This document shows, piece after piece, positions 6,481 to 10,175 of a DNA stretch of 10,175 nucleotides. This stretch comes from Candidatus Sericytochromatia bacterium. GTDB lineage: Bacteria; Cyanobacteriota; Sericytochromatia; S15B-MN24; JAQBPE01. Under the pieces are notes generated by a model. That model was given only the letters and a program-made list of their open reading frames with translations. It was not told the DNA's origin and did not search any database. The stretch spans positions 1 to 10,175 of the forward strand of contig JAYKHR010000134.1 in the NCBI GenBank assembly GCA_035285125.1, written 5' to 3'. Each line of letters starts with the position of its first letter. The stretch's first letter is position 1. The translations under genes were made by a program, and so were the position numbers.

Positions 6481-8316
6481 ATGAGCCTGTTTCGTCCGAA
6501 CGCGCTCCTGCTCGCCACGACCCTGACGCTCGCCCCGCTGCCCCTGGAGGCCCAGGTGGCGCAACCGGCGCGCGTCGGTACGGCGTTCTACGAGGGTGCC
6601 CAGCGGGCGATCGTGGTGCCGTTCACGGGCACCCCGCCGCGGGCATTCTACGTGCGCCTGTCGCCGACGGTGCATGCCTTCGAGCTCGAGGGGGCGCGCC
6701 TGACGGGAGCCTCTCCCCAGGTCCACGAGGCCGTGGGGGCGCTGCGCCGCTTTGCCCTGGCCGCGCGACGCGCGGACGTGGTGAGGCTGACGCTGGAGAC
6801 GGCCGCCCCGACCGCGCCCTCAATCCGCCTGAACACGACAGAGCAACGCTTCGAGATCTACCCGTTCCTGCGTCAGGCCCCGGAGCGCACCCCCTCACCG
6901 ATCCCGCCCAGGCCCTCGGTGCTCGCCCCCGATGAGGCCCCCCCTGACTGGTTCTTCCAGGCGCGGCCGATCTTCGCTCCCTCGCCCGCGAGCGCTCGTC
7001 GGACGCCGCCGCCCGCGCCAACGCCGCGCCCCTCTGCCCAGCCCACGCCCGTGACGCTCACGCTGGCGCGCCGCACCCCGCCGCCCCGGCCCGAGCAGGC
7101 TCCCCCGACGCCCCCACCGGTCTTCGAATTCCCGGCCTGGCTGTTCCCAGGCGTCACGCCCGCCCCGAGCCAGGCCCCCACGCTGCGGCCAAGCCCCCGG
7201 CCGACGCCCGTCCCCACCCCGGTGCCCACGCCCCGCCCGACGCCCGTCCCCACGCCCCGCCCGACGCCTGTTCCCACGCCGGTGCCGACGCCCCGCCCGA
7301 CGCCCGTTCCCACGCCGGTGCCGACGCCCCGCCCGACGCCCGTCCCCACGCCGGTGCCGACGCCGGTGCCGACGCCCCGCCCGACGCCTGTCCTCACGCC
7401 GGTGCCCACGCCGTGGCAGGCCCCCACCCCCTGGCCGACGCCGGAGATCGTGTTCACCCCTCGGCCGACGCCTGCCCGGAGCGCCGGGCCGGTGTACCCC
7501 CCGGGGTACGTGCCCCCCGTGCCCTCACCGCTGCCGCCGCGCCGCCTGGCGACCCCGACGCCGCTGCCGGGCCCCGTGACAACCCCGCTGCCCGTGGTGC
7601 GGCCCCTCAACCCGGCCGTGCGCCCCGTCAGGCTCGAGCCCCCGCGCACCCGCATCGGCACGCCCACCTTCGCCCCCGATCGCCACGCGCTGGTGCTCCC
7701 TTATGAAGGAGAGGCCCCGAACTTCGAGATCACCGCCCTGGCCCCGGCCGAGTTGCGGGTTGACTTCACCCGCTCCTTGCTCACTGGCCAGCCCGTCACG
7801 ACGGCACGGCCCACCAGCGACGCGGTGCTGGCCGCCTGGTCCGCCACCCAGGACCCGACGCGGGGCGCCACCTCCCTCAAGCTGGCGCTGACGGGGGCCG
7901 GCGAGGTGGTGGTCGCGCGCGACGACGCCCGCCAGGAGCTGCTGGTGTTCCCGCAACTCAGCAGCGACACCGGCCCCACGACACAGGGCACGGTGCGCAC
8001 CGTGCTGGGCCCGGCCACCTTCGACGAGCAGGTCGGTGGCCTGGCGCTGGACTACCGGGGCGAGGTGCCGCGGTACACGTTCACCCGCCTCACGCGCAAC
8101 GTCGTGTACCTCGACTTCCCGGAGGCCGCGCTCAACCCGACGGCCGTGCAGTTCGACACGGTGTCGAACTCGCTGATGAGCTTCTGGCTGATCGCCCCGC
8201 GCCTGAACCGGGAGGCGGTGCGCGCGATGCTGGTGCTGCCTTACGGCGGCAGCGTCCAGCTGCTCGAGGACCAGGTGACTGGTCGCATCCTGCTCGTGCC
8301 GCGCCTGGGGGACTGA
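6481..8316 (+). CDS. Secreted protein with three AMIN-like domains and a long Pro/Thr-rich linker (611 aa)
   Basis: Signal peptide ending LEA|Q. Repeats at about 6565-6867, 7645-7956 and 7996-8306 share G...F......L..P(Y/F).G..P......L........(D/E)F....L, as in [11 protein letters not shown] and VVRLTLE, which is reminiscent of AMIN (R.V.DL....L / VR.VL). Repeats 1 and 2 are separated by ~260 Pro-rich residues. Confidence 0.78.
   Translation: MSLFRPNALLLATTLTLAPLPLEAQVAQPARVGTAFYEGAQRAIVVPFTGTPPRAFYVRLSPTVHAFELEGARLTGASPQVHEAVGALRRFALAARRADVVRLTLETAAPTAPSIRLNTTEQRFEIYPFLRQAPERTPSPIPPRPSVLAPDEAPPDWFFQARPIFAPSPASARRTPPPAPTPRPSAQPTPVTLTLARRTPPPRPEQAPPTPPPVFEFPAWLFPGVTPAPSQAPTLRPSPRPTPVPTPVPTPRPTPVPTPRPTPVPTPVPTPRPTPVPTPVPTPRPTPVPTPVPTPVPTPRPTPVLTPVPTPWQAPTPWPTPEIVFTPRPTPARSAGPVYPPGYVPPVPSPLPPRRLATPTPLPGPVTTPLPVVRPLNPAVRPVRLEPPRTRIGTPTFAPDRHALVLPYEGEAPNFEITALAPAELRVDFTRSLLTGQPVTTARPTSDAVLAAWSATQDPTRGATSLKLALTGAGEVVVARDDARQELLVFPQLSSDTGPTTQGTVRTVLGPATFDEQVGGLALDYRGEVPRYTFTRLTRNVVYLDFPEAALNPTAVQFDTVSNSLMSFWLIAPRLNREAVRAMLVLPYGGSVQLLEDQVTGRILLVPRLGD
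7195..7413 (+). repeat. Coding tandem repeat encoding PTP(V/R) tetrapeptides, with a 36-nt higher-order unit
   Basis: ccgacgcc(c/t)gt(t/c)cccacgccggtgccgacgccccgc repeats several times and translates to [12 protein letters not shown]. Confidence 0.9.
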
Positions 8317-8326
8317 GGACCCGACG

Positions 8327-9385
8327 ATGACCAAGCCGCCGCCTCCCCGCCCCCCCCGGCTGCTGCCGCGCCCGCTCCTGCGGCGCCTCGCGCTCGGCGC
8401 AGCCTTCGCCGCGCTCGGGCTGGCGGGCGCTGCCGGCCCCGCCGGGGCCGCCGCGCCGGAGGGGCCACTGCGGACGCCGGAGCCGCTGCCGCCGGACCAG
8501 CCGCTGCGCCCCCTCGTGACCTCGAGGCCGGCGAAGCCCAGGGTGATCAGGGGCACGCCCCTGCCCGTCTGGCGTCCCAGCGCCCAGGAGCCCACGGCCC
8601 GCCCCGGCGCGCTGCGCGCCCTGGTGCCGGGCGGGTACCGCCCGATGCGCCCGATCGGGGTGGATCTGGAGAGCCGCTGGCGGGTGCTGAGCCCCGCGGA
8701 GGCCCCGGGGCCCGGCATGTTCCAGCTGCCCCGGTTTGCGCCACGCGCCTGGGCCCGGACGTTCTTTCCTTATTACCAGGAGCAGCATGGGCTCGGCGGA
8801 CTGACGCTCCGGCCGGAGACGATCGAGCGACTCGAGGCCGGCCTGGGCCTGTTCGCGCCGGACGGCTGGCAGTCGGAGGTGCAACTCGCCTACCTGAACC
8901 TGACGATCGCAGATCGGCAGCTGCCAGACAGCCGACACCAGCGCGACGACTTCATGGCGTCCTGGATGACGGGCCGGGCCTTCTCGCTCGGTCCGATCGC
9001 CAGCCAGCTGGAGGCAGGCTACTGGGGGCGCTACGTCTCCATCTCGAACAACATGCCCCCGCCGGCGACGGGGCGTTTCTTGACCTCGCCATTCCAGCTC
9101 TACCACGGGCCGGCCGTGCGCACCGCCTTCGGGGGCGATCTGGGTGGGGCCTGGCGCTGGTCGACCCGCCTCGAGGGTCGGCCCTACCTCCTAGCCCATG
9201 GCGACGACGCCGTCGTGGCGACGGGGCCCCTGTTCGGCACCGTCGCGGAGCCCAGCCTGAGCTGGGAGCCGCTGTTTGGCACGGTGCTGGAGGCCGGCTA
9301 CCGCTTCGAGTTGCTCACCTCGTACCGCGCAGACTACACGCAGTCGCTGCAAGGACCCTACCTCGAATGCCGTCGCAAGTTCTGA
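8327..9385 (+). CDS. Predicted outer-membrane beta-barrel protein with a Pro/Arg-rich N-terminal extension
   Basis: Long signal peptide (ending AGA|A), ~100 Pro-rich residues, then amphipathic strands (LEAGYWGRYVSI, WRWSTRLEGRPY, LEAGYRFE). Ends in PYLECRRKF with a terminal Phe, typical of the BAM beta-signal. Paralogous to the barrel region of 4667..5776. Confidence 0.75.
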   Translation: MTKPPPPRPPRLLPRPLLRRLALGAAFAALGLAGAAGPAGAAAPEGPLRTPEPLPPDQPLRPLVTSRPAKPRVIRGTPLPVWRPSAQEPTARPGALRALVPGGYRPMRPIGVDLESRWRVLSPAEAPGPGMFQLPRFAPRAWARTFFPYYQEQHGLGGLTLRPETIERLEAGLGLFAPDGWQSEVQLAYLNLTIADRQLPDSRHQRDDFMASWMTGRAFSLGPIASQLEAGYWGRYVSISNNMPPPATGRFLTSPFQLYHGPAVRTAFGGDLGGAWRWSTRLEGRPYLLAHGDDAVVATGPLFGTVAEPSLSWEPLFGTVLEAGYRFELLTSYRADYTQSLQGPYLECRRKF

Positions 9386-9711
9386 TCCGGGCCGTGGCGT
9401 GCCTGCTGCTGGGGGGCCTGCCGGTGGCAGGCTGCCAGAACACGCTGGAGAACGTCGCCCCGGTGTACCCGGTGCTGGCCGGTCAGGTGGAGCTGCGCTG
9501 GGAGTACGAGGCTGCCGGGGTGGCGAGCGTGCGCTTCGAGCTCGACGGTGCCCTGCTCGGCACCGGCACCGACGCGAACCGACGCTTCGGCCTGGTGCTG
9601 GACACCCGCAGCCGGACCAACGGGCCCCACCGCCTGACGCTCACGGCGCTGGATCCCGAGGGCCGGGTGCTGCGGACCTTCACGTCCACCGTGCTCATCC
9701 AGAACCCCTGA
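9367..9711 (+). CDS. Small lipoprotein with a single bacterial Ig-like domain
   Basis: Lipobox PVAG|C. GVASVRFELDGALLGT...LDTRSRTNGPHRLTLTALD matches the Ig-like pattern V..V.F..DG..LG....DT....NG.H.L...A.D. Overlaps the upstream gene by 19 nt. Confidence 0.8.
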   Translation: MPSQVLIRAVACLLLGGLPVAGCQNTLENVAPVYPVLAGQVELRWEYEAAGVASVRFELDGALLGTGTDANRRFGLVLDTRSRTNGPHRLTLTALDPEGRVLRTFTSTVLIQNP

Positions 9712-9767
9712 TCTGACGGCTTCGGGGGAGGTGAGACCAGGCCCCCGCCTCAGCCCCTGGCCTCTTT

Positions 9768-9800
9768 AAGCTTCGTCGTTGCTTCGGCGAAGCTTTTTTT
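9768..9800 (+). terminator. Rho-independent terminator of the right-hand operon
   Basis: Stem AAGCTTCGTCG (9768-9778), loop TTGCTT, stem CGGCGAAGCTT (9785-9795, one G-U pair), running into a T7 tract at 9794-9800. Confidence 0.85.
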
Positions 9801-10104
9801 ATGTCTTCCCTGATCGCCTGAAGATGGGCCCATCGTCCTGATCACCACGTTTGATCAAAGACAGACCTAAAAAGCGTTATGAAAAACTAAAACCCACAAA
9901 TCAAGTCCGAGCGTATTTTTCAAGATCCCGAACCATTCTGAAGTTATCTGTCATGCTCGAGAAAACAGGGTGGTGCATTAAGAACAGTCGATCATTCTCT
10001 TGTCTCCCTTGATATGACCATCACATTGTGGGGCATATCACCAGAGGGAAGGGTACGGTGAATCGATGCCTCGGCGGTGACGCCGACAGGCAGAGGTGTT
10101 CATC
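9801..10104. promoter_or_regulatory. Lower-GC intergenic/promoter region upstream of the next lipoprotein gene
   Basis: Marked drop in GC with A/T runs (ctaaaaag, gaaaaactaaaa, tattttt), no long ORF and several inverted repeats. SD-like GAGGTG at 10093-10098. Confidence 0.6.
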
Positions 10105-10175
10105 ATGCCTAATGCTCGCCGTAACCGCGCTGTGCTGGCTGCGACCCTGCTGCTGATGGGTTGTCAGGCGGCTCC
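10105..10175 (+). CDS. N-terminus of a predicted lipoprotein (3' truncated by the window)
   Basis: ATG 10105 after GAGGTG gives MPNARRNRAVLAATLLLMG|CQAA: basic n-region, hydrophobic h-region and lipobox. Confidence 0.75.
   Translation, partial: MPNARRNRAVLAATLLLMGCQAA

Noticed and set aside
5804..7413. Tandem repeats as a possible CRISPR array or mobile-element ends
   Set aside because: The units are contiguous multiples of 3 nt with no unique spacers and encode SP/PTP tracts inside ORFs. No cas or transposase genes are present.
8327..8450. LLRRLAL as a twin-arginine (Tat) signal
   Set aside because: Poor match to S/T-R-R-x-F-L-K. Arg pairs are common at this GC content, and OM barrels are normally Sec-exported.
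9700..10000. Cluster of GATC/TGATC sites and lower GC as an origin or horizontally acquired island
   Set aside because: GATC is frequent throughout the window, no DnaA-box array is evident, and the GC dip is confined to a ~300-nt intergenic region, as is normal for promoters.

Overview
Very GC-rich, gene-dense bacterial DNA from a probable diderm, made up almost entirely of cell-envelope genes. In order: the 3' end of an HI0933/BaiN-like flavoprotein; a DUF1499-like lipoprotein; a secreted conserved hypothetical protein; and two tandem paralogous LysM-YkuD L,D-transpeptidases with their own sigma70-like promoter. Next comes a divergent pair of operons around 6274-6480 whose two arms carry the same parts: a Pro/Thr/Ser-rich stalk, AMIN-like repeat domain(s), a paralogous outer-membrane beta-barrel and an Ig-like lipoprotein. 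The AMIN-like domain and barrel are fused in the left arm and split in the right. The right arm ends in a clear intrinsic terminator, followed by a lower-GC regulatory region and the start of another lipoprotein. This mirrored module beside two L,D-transpeptidases is the best candidate for an undescribed envelope tethering or surface-display system. All family calls come from reading motifs by eye; no database searches were run.
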